Source: Paraspadella gotoi
Lineage: Eukaryota; Animalia; Chaetognatha
Assembly: GCA_051294375.1 (NCBI GenBank)
Contig: CM119263.1
Span: 18,500,628-18,564,627 of the forward strand
Direction: 5' to 3'
DNA: 64,000 nucleotides
Position numbers and translations under genes: made by a program. Of the stretch, positions 50,966-64,000 are shown in pieces. The notes beneath the pieces are model-generated. The model was not told where the DNA came from. It saw only the letters and a list, made by a program, of their open reading frames with translations, and made no database searches. Positions within the stretch are counted from its first letter, which is position 1; each line of letters opens with the position of its first letter.

Positions 50966-53900
50966 AAAAATCTGTAACAATATATTATTTTGTACATTAC
51001 GGGGGTGGCAAATAAGTGAATGAAAAGATTGAGTGAAACATTGAACATTAATTTTTTTTGTGCTGAATAAAAGTGAACCTTGGACATAAATAAATACGGT
51101 AGGGGTATGGAATATTTTAAATGTCCTTATTTTATAAAATTTTTAATTATAGGCAATACATAACAGTTATAGGCAAAAAAAATTCCCCAATTATTATATT
51201 AGTAATTATCCTTATTAAAAATCATACCGTCCTTCAAAGAATTTTTCAAAAGATTTTTTAAATTTATAAATTTATAAGAAAATCTAAATTTGCGATTCGC
51301 TATGTTGATACTAAAAAATTCTCTTGTAAGCTAAATAAACATAAGAGCAGTAAATATAATGTTATATCGATATTAATAATGTTAGATTCATTTAAAAAAA
51401 ATAACTAAACGGTTTTAACATATATAAGGTTTTCAACTACCGAGAAATTAAAAAAGTTTAGGAATTTTGTTCCCATCCCTTTTTTTTCTTATTTTTAAAC
51501 ATTGAATAGATTGGAACGCGCAGAGGATATAATTTTTTGATAACATGTTTATATTTTTTTGATATCCGAACTTTGTGTTATGAAGAATTATCCTGGTTCT
51601 TTTATAAAAGTTTATAAAAATATTTAAAATTTGATTATTTTTATTAAGGATATTACTTACAAATATATGGTATGTTACTATTCTGTTTCCCCGGAAATTA
51701 ATATGAACACATAAATATTTTTTTAACTAGTTAATCATACTATCTCACATCTAAAATAATCTGGGGTTGTCGATCATTCAAATAATTTTTTTGTTCTTGA
51801 GTGGCCTAATGCCAACTCTAATGTTTACATTTTAACGGTTTTGTATAAAAATGATAATAATATTTTATTGTATAAAATTGAATATGTCGTGTGACGGGTG
51901 AGAAAAGTCGATCACCAAGTGTCCAAGGATGTGCATTTTTTATGATAATTGAGAGAAATTAGAAATTAAGCAAAAAGAAACAGTGTGTAATAGAGAGAGA
52001 GAGAGAAGAGAGAGAGGAGAAAGAGAAGAAAGAGAGGAGAGGGGTTGGGTGGGGAAAAAATTGAAAAAGAGGCTGGAAGCCCGACGATAAGGACCGATTG
52101 TGCAGACCGGAGTGAAAACCTAATGCGAAGATGAGCAGAAAAAGAATAAGATCAAGGAACTTAAAAACAAAATAACGGGTCTTTGAAATGGGGCGACCGT
52201 TGAGATGAGATTGGAGACAGAGAGAGAGAAAGGAAAAAACGGTAAAGTTGGAGTACTCACGACTGCAGCAAAACCGAATAAAAGGACAGTAAATAATGAA
52301 AAAATACGTAACACCGAACAAGAAAAAAAAAAGCATGTCATGACATGGAAGTACTTTTAGAAGTCGACAAGGGAAAAGGTAAGGAGAGAGAGCAGAGAAG
52401 AGGAGAGAGAGAGAAGGAAGAGACGAGAAGGAGAGAGAGAGAGAGTATGAAGAGAGAGAAAGAAAAGACGGGAGAGAGAGAGAGAGAGGAGAGAGAGAAG
52501 AGAGAGAAACGAGAGAAGAGAGAGAGAAGAGAAAGAAAAAAAACGAAAAGAGAGAGAGATAATAGAGTAGAGAGAGAAAAAAGGGAAGAGCTACCCTGCG
52601 AAAAGATGAGCTGGCCCCCCGTGGCCGGGAGCGAGATGAGGGATGTATAGCGATGTGCTCGTTCATGGTGGCCTGTAATTGGGCTGAGAGAGGATATTGT
52701 GGTGGAGTGGAGGATTTGGTTTGCGGTCTGGCTTGAAGAGAGTCCAGGCTTTCGAAAAAATAAAAAGGAGCGGAGACTGCACGTTGGCATAAGAACCCAC
52801 TTCGGTATGACTCTCCGCTGCTGGCCTTATGGAATAAGAGGCCCCTGCGCGAGCCCCTCTGGCCTTCATCCCGCATGGATGGAATAAGGAAAGACGGTGA
52901 CGGATACACATTTTGTCTGGAGGACGCGCGTATAATAGAAAACCGGAGCGTCAAACCTCATATCACGCGTGCTCGCAACGTCCAGACCGTAGACAAGGAC
53001 CGCTGAGTATAGGATTTGAGGGCACGTACGAGACTCAGCGAGAGAGCGAAGATGATATGACGTGAGCCCAAGTTGCTGCAGGTCCAGGAGAAGCATACCC
53101 AGAGGATGGGAGTATCGAGAGAGAGAGAGAGGGAGAGAGAGAAGGTGGGGTTGCGGGTAGAAAGTATAACGAAAAGGGATAAGGGGTTCTCAAAAAGTCA
53201 TTTGGAAGCCGACTCGGCAAAAACGCCGATAATGAATGGAAAAAGGGAAGAGGGAGGAAGGAGGGAAGGAAGAAGGGAGCGATGATGAGAGGGAATGAGA
53301 AAGGAAGGGAGATCAGGAGGAGAGAACTTTTTAAGACTGAAATAGAAAAGAGCGAGGAGCATGAAAAGACGAAAGATAAAAAAAAAGAAAAGGCGAGGGT
53401 GATAGAGGAAGAGTTGAGCTGAGGGAGAAAAAAAATAGAGAGAACAATCGAGGACTGTAAAAGAGAGAAAATTAGAGAGGGGAAAAAAAAGAGAGAGTGA
53501 GCGAATATGAGGGAAAAAGGAAAAGGTAATCAGCGAATGGGAAAATCTCAGAGGTGCAAAAAGGAGGTAATGAGAGAAATGAACCGGGAAACTGTGAATG
53601 GCTGAAAAAAAAATCAGCTTGGAACGGAGATGATCTCAGATTGAATAAGGAAGTGTAGAGGAGAGGAAAGGCTAATTTAGAGGAGCTCAACGAGGGATGG
53701 AGTTAACGAGGGGACGAATTGGGAGTTTTGAAGAGAAGTTAAAAAAAGAAAAAAAAGACGAAAAGAGACGCGCCAGAATTCAAACTCGTTCTTCCGTTTT
53801 TTTGACTCTAGTGACGAGTCGAGTGAAACGTTTCGGAGTCACGAAACAAAAGACAAACGTCATCGGTTGAGGTTTCTCTCTTCCTTTTACCACTGGGTTT

Positions 53901-54258
53901 TTTTTTGCTAATGTCGTGCAGAAAGGAACTCGGTGAAAAGGAAAAAGAAGTTCATTTTCTGAATTTTAGTTAGTTAACATATTTTATACAGAACTTCATG
54001 ACTAAACGACCAAAAATCTTCTCACGGCGACGAACGGAGCAATAGTAAGAAAAATGGACCGGGACACAATTCCGTGTCGGATTTTTGGCAGCAGCTGTAG
54101 GAATCAACAGCTGCTTCTCAAAGCCCCTCGATCTCTGATGCTGCAATTCTGTCTTTTCGGGCACTAAAGGCAGAGGCTAAGGCGGAGGGATTCGACCCAA
54201 TTTCCGAGCAAATTGGCTCAAGATGGCAAAAAGNNNNNNNNNNNNNNNNNNNNNNNNN

Positions 54259-56179
54259 GTGGGAGAGAGAGAGAGAGAGCAGAGAGAGAGAGAGAGACGA
54301 GAGAGATGAGGAGAGAGCAGAGATTACAGCCCATTTGAAGAGAAAACTGGCGATTAATATTCGCCAGTAATTTCGTAGTAATAGGTCCCTCGGAAACAAC
54401 GTTTTGTGTTTCCTTTGCCCTCAAATTATCCCTCTTCCCTTTTATTCAACCATTAAACGAAAACGAGAAAAACGGGCGCAAAATTTACATCCGGGCCCTT
54501 ATAAGGTAAAAAGCAATAGATTCGGAGGCTTCACGACGGGCCGGTTTAGATTTACATACGCGGTAAGCTTCGGAAATTCACCTTACTTAAATCGGGCATC
54601 CCATGGCTGCTCGGTGCCATGGCGATCCATTCGACCTGCAAATCAGGAAATATTCGCGCCGTAAAACGCAGGCGTCGTTTGGCGTTTTCAGAAAGTCGGC
54701 GCGTCGTTTTGATGCCGAAAAAGCGTCTGCATCTGCATCCCGTATTGGCATCGGGCATGGAATTGGGGCATCGCCATTCGAGATCGATATCAGAATTCGC
54801 TTACCGAGCATAATATAATATAATAATACATACAAAGAAAAAAGGAAAGCATAAAATATCCGAAATTTTAATTAAATTTAAAAAAAATGTTAAAATCATG
54901 ACAGAAATTCAATTATTAGGAATTCGACTTGCTACACTATACTAGACTTGCCTATATTTTCTTGTTTTTTTTTTTTAAACAGTCGCCAAAAAAAACTCTG
55001 GCGTTGTCTTCGATTCTTGCTTCTCACAAAAGCGAAAACTCGCCAAGAATTAGGAAGCGTCTTCGCGGGCGTAAACTTCCCGGTTCCTCGGCAACAACGC
55101 ATGCCGCGCAACAAACACCTCGCGTAACCTATTGGCAACGCGTCCCACAACACAATAAAGGTATGCCTCGTTCCCGCGCGAGTTTGTGTGTGGTGTGTAG
55201 GGCGGGGAGGTCGACTCGCTGCGGTTAAATGGCGTGTCGTATGGAGCTCGGTGCTTCGGTAGAAATGGCGGAAAAAAAGATGAAATGGAGGTAAAGGGAG
55301 AACGAAGGGGAGAGTGAGGGGACAGGAGAGAGAGAGAGATACAGCCCATTTGAAGAAGAAAACTGGCGATAAAATTTCGCAGTAATTTCGTAGTAATGGT
55401 CCCTCGGAAACAACGTTTGGTTTCTTTGCTCAAATTAATCCCTCTTCCCTTTTTTCAACCATTAAACGAAAACGAGAAAACGGGCAAATTACATCCGGGC
55501 CTTATAAGTAAAAGCAATAGGATTCGGAGTTCACGACGGGGGTTTAGATTTACATACGGGTAGCTTCGGAAATCACCTTCGTCGCCCTACTTAAATCGGC
55601 ATCCATGGCTGCTCGGGGCATGGCGATCCATCGACCTGCAAATCAGGAAATATCGCGCCGTAAAACGAGGCGTCGTTTGGCGTTCAGAAGTCGGCGTCGG
55701 TCGTTTGATGCGAGAAAGCGTCTGCATCTGCATCCGTATTGGCATCGGCATGGAATTGGGGCATCGCCATTCGAGATCGATATTCAGAATTCGTTACCGA
55801 AGATAATAATATAATATAATAATACATACAAGAAAAAAGGAAAGCATAAAATATCCGAAATTTTAAATTAAATTTAAAAAAAATGTTAAAATCATGACAG
55901 AAATTCAATATTAGGAATTCGACTGCTACACTATACTAGACTTGCTATATTTTCTTGTTTTTTTTTTTAAACAGTCGCCAAAAAAAACTCTGCGTGTGTC
56001 TTCGATTCTTCTTCTCACAAAAGCGAAAACCGCAAGAATAGGAAGCGTCTCGCGCGTAAACTCCCGGTCCCTCGGCAACAACGCATCCGCGCAACAAACA
56101 CCTCGGTAACCATGGCAACGCGTCCCACAACACAATAAAGGTAATGCCTCGTTGGGAAGGTGTGTGTGTGAGGGGGGGG
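54259..56179 (+). repeat. ~1 kb tandem duplication (~54320-55175 vs ~55335-56150) bounded by two 25-N gaps
   Basis: Both units run from acagcccatttgaaga to cccacaacacaataaaggta and differ mainly by small indels. Confidence 0.9.
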
Positions 56180-56593
56180 NNNNNNNNNNNNNNNNNNNNN
56201 NNNNAGAGAGAGATCGTAGGAGCTCGTTCGGAGGAAATGGGTAAAAAAAGATGAAAATGGAGGAAAGGGGGAGAAGAAGGGGGAGAAGAGGAGAATGAGG
56301 ACGGGAAGAGGGAGAGAGAGAGGAAATGGAAAAAACTGAAAATGAGAGAGGAGAGGGGGAGAAGAAGAGGGAGAGGGAGACGAGGAAGGGAGAGAGGGAG
56401 AGAGGGAGGAAATGGGAAAGAAAAAATTATGGAAATGGAGGAGAGGGGAGAAGAAGGGGACAGGGAAGATGAGGGAGAGAGGCAAGAGAGAGGAGAGAGG
56501 AGAGAGGGAGGAATGGGGAAAAAAAAGAATGAAATGGAGGGAGAGCGGGAGAAGAAGGGAGAGAGAAGACGAGGAGGAGAGAAAGAAAAAGAG

Positions 56594-56627
<34 letters not shown>

Positions 56628-56999
56628 AGTTAGAGAGAGAGAGAGAGAAAAGAGAGATATTGACGCCGCGGGAACAAAAAAAGAGAGAGTGTTCGTTGCC
56701 AAGAAACAAACTCGTTCTTCTCGAAAGGAGCGAATGGCCAAAAAAACAAAATAAACGAGGAGAAGGAATCGTAGTGTCAAAAACAATCGTAAAACTTTCG
56801 AGGTTTAGGAATAAAAAATGATCTTTAGTTTGGAAACAATTAAGCAAAAGGTTTTGCTGCATTTTAGTATTGAAAAAATCTTGGGGCAATTAAAATATTT
56901 TTTTTAAATTTGCTATTCATAAAACGAGAACATTTAACATCATTTACAAAAAACTTAACATTTTTGAACCAAATAACTATTAACCTAATCCTATCATAA

Positions 57000-58497
57000 A
57001 TATCTCGTTGGCAAAGGGACGCTAGTATAGACCCCCCCCCCCGCGCGCCTTCGACGCAGGTGATCTTGCCAAGGATCCATTAAGAGTCTTGAGAGGATTT
57101 CGGCCGACGAGAACCTCAAATCTAATTTGCATACAAAAGTTGTGAGGAGATGTTTTTGAGGCGGAAGACGAATTATGTTCGCTCTTGCCCGAACAAAAAA
57201 ACGTTACGTATATCGTCAGCGAGGGATTTTTCTTCTCATCGCGTTCGGTACTGTTCGGTCGGTCAGTCGGTCGTTAAGCCGTCGATCGATAGTTTTCTTT
57301 GCTTTTTTTTTGTTTCGTTTTTTCTTCTTTCTTTTTTGGAGTCGCTCTTTTCAAAAAGGATTCTTCCAATCTTGACCCGAGTTATTGCGGTTTTTATATC
57401 GAGTCCGTCTTTGTTTACTCTTGGCCTCTTTTGTTTTCGTCGTCGTTGTCTTCCCTTTTGACCCTCTGATCCTCATTCTTTCCTTCTGGGCTCATGGTCG
57501 GTCCCATTGAAATTGGGTCACCCGGCGGAGGCGACAATTCTTCTTGTGGTGAGATGGAACCGTGAGAAGGGAGACTCACAAATTCCGGCGTCGTCTCGTC
57601 ACAAATTAACGACGCCAACGTCTCAACCAATTTCGTTCTCGACCGAAACAAATAAAGACGACGACGACAACGAAGATGATGACGACGACGACGACGACGA
57701 CGGCGAAGGCGACAACGCATTCCCGCTCATCCTACTTCCGTTTTCAACGTTTCATGTCTTTAANNNNNNNNNNNNNNNNNNNNNNNNNNNNNNNNNNNNN
57801 NNNNNNNNNNNNNNNNNNNNNNNNNNNNNNNNNNNNNNNNNNNNNNNNNNNNNNNNNNNNNNNNNNNNNNNNNNNNNNNNNNNNNNNNNNNNNNNNNNNN
57901 NNNNNNNNNNNNNNNNNNNNNNNNNNNNNNNNNNNNNNNNNNNNNNNNNNNNNNNNNNNNNNNNNNNNNNNNNNNNNNNNNNNNNNNNNNNNNNNNNNNN
58001 NNNNNNNNNNNNNNNNNNNNNNNNNNNNNNNNNNNNNNNNNNNNNNNNNNNNNNNNNNNNNNNNNNNNNNNNNNNNNNNNNNNNNNNNNNNNNNNNNNNN
58101 NNNNNNNNNNNNNNNNNNNNNNNNNNNNNNNNNNNNNNNNNNNNNNNNNNNNNNNNNNNNNNNNNNNNNNNNNNNNNNNNNNNNNNNNNNNNNNNNNNNN
58201 NNNNNNNNNNNNNNNNNNNNNNNNNNNNNNNNNNNNNNNNNNNNNNNNNNNNNNNNNNNNNNNNNNNNNNNNNNNNNNNNNNNNNNNNNNNNNNNNNNNN
58301 NNNNNNNNNNNNNNNNNNNNNNNNNNNNNNNNNNNNNNNNNNNNNNNNNNNNNNNNNNNNNNNNNNNNNNNNNNNNNNNNNNNNNNNNNNNNNNNNNNNN
58401 NNNNNNNNNNNNNNNNNNNNNNNNNNNNNNNNNTTTGAGATTGCTGTTGTGCTAAGAACAATAACGTCGGCTAGATATGATGTTTGAATGAGACCAA

Positions 58498-58574
<77 letters not shown>

Positions 58575-59299
58575 AATGATGTGATAAAATCCAAAACTAA
58601 TACAATTGGTCGGTAGGGGCCGTGTCACGATAGAGTATTCTCGCATTACAATTTCATCTATTAGATTTGGAGTCAAAGGTCAGAAAAACAGAAAAAATAT
58701 AGAATTGGTAGAGAATAAAACTAGATAGAATAAGACTTAAAAATAGAATGGAACCTCGGAGGTTGCATTAAAAAAAAAGAACAAAAAAACTGGCAGAAAG
58801 AAAGAAGAAAAACTGAGCCTCGACTCGACTGGCAGGAGAAGCGACCCGGAACGAAAAGCATTCCCTCCCACCAAATATTAGTCGTCGTTGTGGTTGCTGT
58901 TGTTGCGAGCGCGTGACTGTCGATGTACAGTTAAATGACGTTAAGTCGCCACTCACCAGTACGAAAGTGAACTAAGTCGCCAAAATGCGAGGCAGCTATC
59001 GCAGGGTCAGCCGATCTCGACTTGCCAGGAAAGCGACTCCAGCGAGTCTTGGCTCTTGTTTCAAATTTTCGAAAATCCAAATGGAGCCGAAAATGGTAAA
59101 GCGGTAAACAGTTGGCGGTTTCCCGCCATTCGCCGCTAACGACGACTGCTTCGCGCTGTACATTAGATCCCAAAGGAAAGAATTCGATGGGGATTTTCTA
59201 CGGGAGTCGTTTAGCCCTCGTTCGACGACGAAGGAACATTCCATCCTAGAACCGGAAATTGCCGACCCCGCGGTAAGTGGGAGGGAGACAGAGTGGGTT

Positions 59300-59358
<59 letters not shown>

Positions 59359-61010
59359 GAGAAGGCGACGAAGTCAACGCTGCGTGAAAAATAAACGGGG
59401 CTTTTCCTTTTCTTCCGGTTTTCNNNNNNNNNNNNNNNNNNNNNNNNNNNNNNNNNNNNNNNNNNNNNNNNNNNNNNNNNNNNNNNNNNNNNNNNNNNNN
59501 NNNNNNNNNNNNNNNNNNNNNNNNNNNNNNNNNNNNNNNNNNNNNNNNNNNNNNNNNNNNNNNNNNNNNNNNNNNNNNNNNNNNNNNNNNNNNNNNNNNN
59601 NNNNNNNNNNNNNNNNNNNNNNNNNNNNNNNNNNNNNNNNNNNNNNNNNNNNNNNNNNNNNNNNNNNNNNNNNNNNNNNNNNNNNNNNNNNNNNNNNNNN
59701 NNNNNNNNNNNNNNNNNNNNNNNNNNNNNNNNNNNNNNNNNNNNNNNNNNNNNNNNNNNNNNNNNNNNNNNNNNNNNNNNNNNNNNNNNNNNNNNNNNNN
59801 NNNNNNNNNNNNNNNNNNNNNNNNNNNNNNNNNNNNNNNNNNNNNNNNNNNNNNNNNNNNNNNNNNNNNNNNNNNNNNNNNNNNNNNNNNNNNNNNNNNN
59901 NNNNNNNNNNNNNNNNNNNNNNNNNNNNNNNNNNNNNNNNNNNNNNNNNNNNNNNNNNNNNNNNNNNNNNNNNNNNNNNNNNNNNNNNNNNNNNNNNNNN
60001 NNNNNNNNNNNNNNNNNNNNNNNNNNNNNNNNNNNNNNNNNNNNNNNNNNNNNNNNNNNNNNNNNNNNNNNNNNNNNNNNNNNNNNNNNNNNNNNNNNNN
60101 NNNNNNNNNNNNNNNNNNNNNNNNNNNNNNNNNNNNNNNNNNNNNNNNNNNNNNNNNNNNNNNNNNNNNNNNNNNNNNNNNNNNNNNNNNNNNNNNNNNN
60201 NNNNNNNNNNNNNNNNNNNNNNNNNNNNNNNNNNNNNNNNNNNNNNNNNNNNNNNNNNNNNNNNNNNNNNNNNNNNNNNNNNNNNNNNNNNNNNNNNNCT
60301 CATCGCATGGCTGAAGTGAAATTGCAATGTTAGTCGGTGAGTGATGGATTTGCAATGTGGACGCTGCCTTTGGTAAAATGGTGGGCGTGGCTTCGCTCCA
60401 AACGCTTTTTCTCTTTCGTTTTGGTNNNNNNNNNNNNNNNNNNNNNNNNNNNNNNNNNNNNNNNNNNNNNNNNNNNNNNNNNNNNNNNNNNNNNNNNNNN
60501 NNNNNNNNNNNNNNNNNNNNNNNNNNNNNNNNNNNNNNNNNNNNNNNNNNNNNNNNNNNNNNNNNNGAGTGATTTCTTCGTGAGATTTTCGGTGAAAGGA
60601 TTCGACAATAAAAGCGTTTAGAGCAAAAGTTATCCTACCATGAAGCACAGTGTCATCTCCGTCGTAACATAGTGGCACAGTGGCTTCGTCGTTGCACAGA
60701 TGCACTGACGCAATTCGTTCGCGTCGCAATTTGCAATAAATGAAATAAAAATGTTGCGCGAGGATTCAGTCTTTTTTTTCTCCGCTCGCTCGCACCTGCG
60801 ATTCCTCGTCAAGACAACAAAGTCCCTCAACAGGTGGCGCGAAGTAGAGTCGAGTCCGGTTTATGCGATTCGAAAAAGGATTTTGTAGAGATGAAAAGCA
60901 ACGTCGGTGGAGACGACGAGGACAACGACGATCGTTGCTAAGCAATAAAAATCCCATTAGCGTGGTTCGAAGAAGAAGTTGATGTTCGATTAATGGAGAA
61001 GAATTCATTT
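57000..61010 (-). CDS. Exon-like segments of an unidentified protein, tentatively CUB-domain-like
   Basis: Minus-strand open stretches LCYDGDDTVLHGRITF (~60675-60628), MECSFVVE (59244), FRLHLDFRKFE (~59095-59062), LYLFRSRTKLVETLASLICDETTPEFVS (~57660-57575) and SLTIYVTF..FCMQIRFEVL (~57225-57110) occur in CUB-like order, but are split by gaps and frame changes. Confidence 0.3.
58500..58581 (+). repeat. (GAT)n microsatellite
   Basis: About 27 units with one interruption. Confidence 0.95.
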
Positions 61011-61534
61011 TCTTACTATGAAAATTCATTCTGTCAACTTCTTAGACAAAAAAAAAAAGACGAAAGAAAATCAACGACTACAACAACAACAACGACAGTG
61101 CGGCCATCTCGACTGCACGGACGGCGCGCACCTCAGAAGTCTAAATCGACCGAAATGGTTACGGAATAAGCTTTTTTTTTCTGCTACCAAAGCCAGAAAA
61201 ACGGTTAAGGGATTTTTTTTTAATCGAAAACGAATAAAAAAACGAATTGGAAGGAAAAAAGGGGAAGAAGGAAGAAGGAAAGAAGAGAGAGAAGCAAGAA
61301 AAGAGAGATGGTAGAAGGAGAAAAAAGAAGAAAGACTTATTTACAAGGGTTAACAGTAAAATTGGTGCGTTTGGTGTAAGGTGCTTTTATACAGGGAGTT
61401 ACGAGAAGGTTGGAAGAAAAAAAACTACGGGGTAAGATAGGAGATATCGAGAAAGACATCAGCATAAAAATCGACTACCGATATTCAACTTTTTAGTAGT
61501 CGTTGTTTCGTCGTCGGCTTCATTTCGGATTCGA

Positions 61535-61620
<86 letters not shown>
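61535..61620 (+). repeat. (GTC)n microsatellite
   Basis: About 28 units with two GCC interruptions; could encode poly-Asp, poly-Thr or poly-Arg on the minus strand if exonic. Confidence 0.93.
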
Positions 61621-61621
<1 letters not shown>

Positions 61622-64000
61622 TTTCTCGTCCTGTCATCGTCTCGCGCTGGGAGGCTTTCACTTTCCCGGTTCGAAGCCAAAGGTAAAAAAAAACTGCTTC
61701 GTTTCTGTCAAGAAAAATAAATGTCCATCGATAAACGTTTGAAAGAAAAACATTTGGGACGAAGAGACCGTCTAAAATATAGGCCCATAACTTATTTTCT
61801 CTAACGAGGAGACTTACTTCCCAACGTTTTTTTTTTAAAGTTTTTGGGTGAAAAAGTAGAAAAAGAAATAAGTTTATAGAAAAAACGAAAATGGAGAGAG
61901 GGANNNNNNNNNNNNNNNNNNNNNNNNNNNNNNNNNNNNNNNNNNNNNNNNNNNNNNNNNNNNNNNNNNNNNNNNNNNNNNNNNNNNNNNNNNNNNNNNN
62001 NNNNNNNNNNNNNNNNNNNNNNNNNNNNNNNNNNNNNNNNNNNNNNNNNNNNNNNNNNNNNNNNNNNNNNNNNNNNNNNNNNNNNNNNNNNNNNNNNNNN
62101 NNNNNNNNNNNNNNNNNNNNNNNNNNNNNNNNNNNNNNNNNNNNNNNNNNNNNNNNNNNNNNNNNNNNNNNNNNNNNNNNNNNNNNNNGAGAGTGAAATG
62201 GAGAAAAAGAGAGAGAAAGAGAGAAGATCCGCCTCTTGAGCAGTAAAGAATATAAATTGAAAAAGAGAAAATAAGAAAGGAAAACAAAAAAATGAATAAA
62301 GCGAAGAAAAGAGAATTTGGAGCACAAACTCAGGCGCCCTCTCGTGGGGAGCAATAATAGGAGAGGAGGAAGAGAGAAAAGGAGAAAGAGAAGAAAGAAA
62401 AAGAAAGAAATAAAAAAGAGAAGAAAAAAAATGGAGGAACCGTGGAACCGTCCTTCCTTTCATATTTTTTTTTAGTTTTGGCAGAAGAGAAAAGTCTCTG
62501 TTGATCTTTTGATAGATGAGAGTCAGAAAGACTATTTTATCGAAAAAATATTTTTTCTTTACTTTGACCTTCAATTATGCCACATATNNNNNNNNNNNNN
62601 NNNNNNNNNNNNNNNNNNNNNNNNNNNNNNNNNNNNNNNNNNNNNNNNNNNNNNNNNNNNNNNNNNNNNNNNNNNNNNNNNNNNNNNNNNNNNNNNNNNN
62701 TTTCCTTCTCTCTCTCTTCTCTCTCTCTCTCTAATCTCTCTCTCTCTCTCTCAATCTTTGACCAAGTTCTCTTCACTAAAAGGCTTCAACGCTTCGAACC
62801 TCTCGACTCTCGAAAACGCTTTCCTTATAAATCCTTTCCTTTCATCCCACGTTTCCTTTTTTTCCTCCCTCCTCTTTCAATCCCCCTTTCTCCCGCCAGA
62901 GGGCCTCCGAATCGAGAGGACCTCTTCAAAAAAACAAAAAAACTCAAGTAGAAAAAAAGTCCTCGAAGGGGCTTAGCTTAAGCTGAAGGCAAAGTTGGTT
63001 TAAAAGTCCCAACCTACTTCAAGCCAGCCTCCGGAGTGCCTCCCTTTTAAAAGGCGACATCACAAAGCCATCCCTCCGACGACGAATCACCCCCTGCTAC
63101 CCACAAAATGTGGATGGCAATGAGCCAACTGTTTCAAAACAAAGGAGCTACAAATAAAAAATCTGCTTCATCGAAACAACTCTTCTTCTTTGTCGACACT
63201 ACAGCCAGTGATAAGGGCCGTTTGCTTTTGGGGGCAAGTACATCAACCGATCAAAAGAGAATGGGTAGATGGTGAATAAGTGTCAGAGATGTCAGGCCTC
63301 ACCGATAATTCAATGCATTCTCTTCATATCGTTCGTATTCTCCATGAAGATCTGACATATTTTATATTTAGCCTTAGTAAATCTTGAAATGCCCAAACAT
63401 TAATTATCAACCATCGTGTAGACCGTTTCTCATTCTTCGCCTATCACCCGTTAGACTCTCTTTCCCCCTTTCCCTCCCACCAGAAAAAAAACAATCCCGT
63501 TTTCTTTCCTTCCACCTCTTCACGTCGGTTCTTGTCCGCTTTTCTGCCCGCTTTTCTGCCCGCTTCTTAGTTCCTCTTGTTTTTGTTTCCAATTATCTCC
63601 AAATTGTTGTTGATTTTTTATTCTTCTCTCCTTCCCGCCCTCGGGGGTGGATGAGAAGGGGGGAGAGAAGGAGGGGCGGGGAGAAGCTGGAGACGGAGAG
63701 AATGAAAGTTCGATGGAAGAAACTGGGATGGAAAGAAAAATGGAAAGAATGGGAAACGGTCGGCGCACAAAGCTCCTTCGCGGGCGGAAATTCGATTGGA
63801 ATAATAAGAAGGAAAATGATGAATGGTGGGAGAAGGGATTTTTTAAGGGGCGGGATTTCGGGTGAGGTCGAAGTGAGGCTAAAGTTTGGTTCGTGAGGGG
63901 AGAGTTTATAGAGGGAAAGAGTCACTTTGATCATGAAGCGAGTGATTTGAAGGAAATGCTAGTTTAAGAAGAGAATAGAATTAGGGATTTTTAAACGACT

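Noticed and set aside
51959-52954. 331-aa minus-strand ORF (and the similar 314-aa ORF at 55945-56889)
   Set aside because: Stop-free because of CT-rich microsatellite composition; the S/L/F-rich translation is not a credible membrane protein.
57062-57148. DPLRVLRGFR, resembling the CCA-adding enzyme EDxLRxxR motif
   Set aside because: Isolated short match followed by a stop about 15 codons later; no other nucleotidyltransferase motifs nearby.
57507-62574. Long ORFs of 230-450 aa in the track
   Set aside because: Their length comes from translation through N-gaps.
62750-63900. Possible exons near the window end, including a 12-bp repeat (cgcttttctgcc) at ~63537-63565
   Set aside because: Stops in all frames, no consistent strand or recognisable motif; a call cannot be supported.

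Overview
Eukaryotic (most likely invertebrate animal) draft-genome window: AT-rich, short GT-AG introns, dense (AG)n/(TTTC)n/(GAC)n microsatellites and many N-gaps. One gene can be modelled completely: a 7-exon, 432-aa class II PAQR (membrane progestin receptor-like) gene on the minus strand at 1932-4285. Weaker, frameshifted evidence supports a plus-strand coiled-coil gene (~31150-34100), a minus-strand class A GPCR (~39280-40480) and possibly a CUB-like secreted protein (~57000-61000). Roughly a third of the window is indel-riddled direct or inverted re-copies of neighbouring sequence, bounded by exact 25-N gaps; I read these as long-read gap-filling artefacts, not real paralogues. I found no rRNA, tRNA, CRISPR array or recognisable transposase/RT, and no convincing novel multi-gene system. 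The best leads are unusual insertions in the PAQR and GPCR proteins and a small hairpin-dense element at ~5950-6120.
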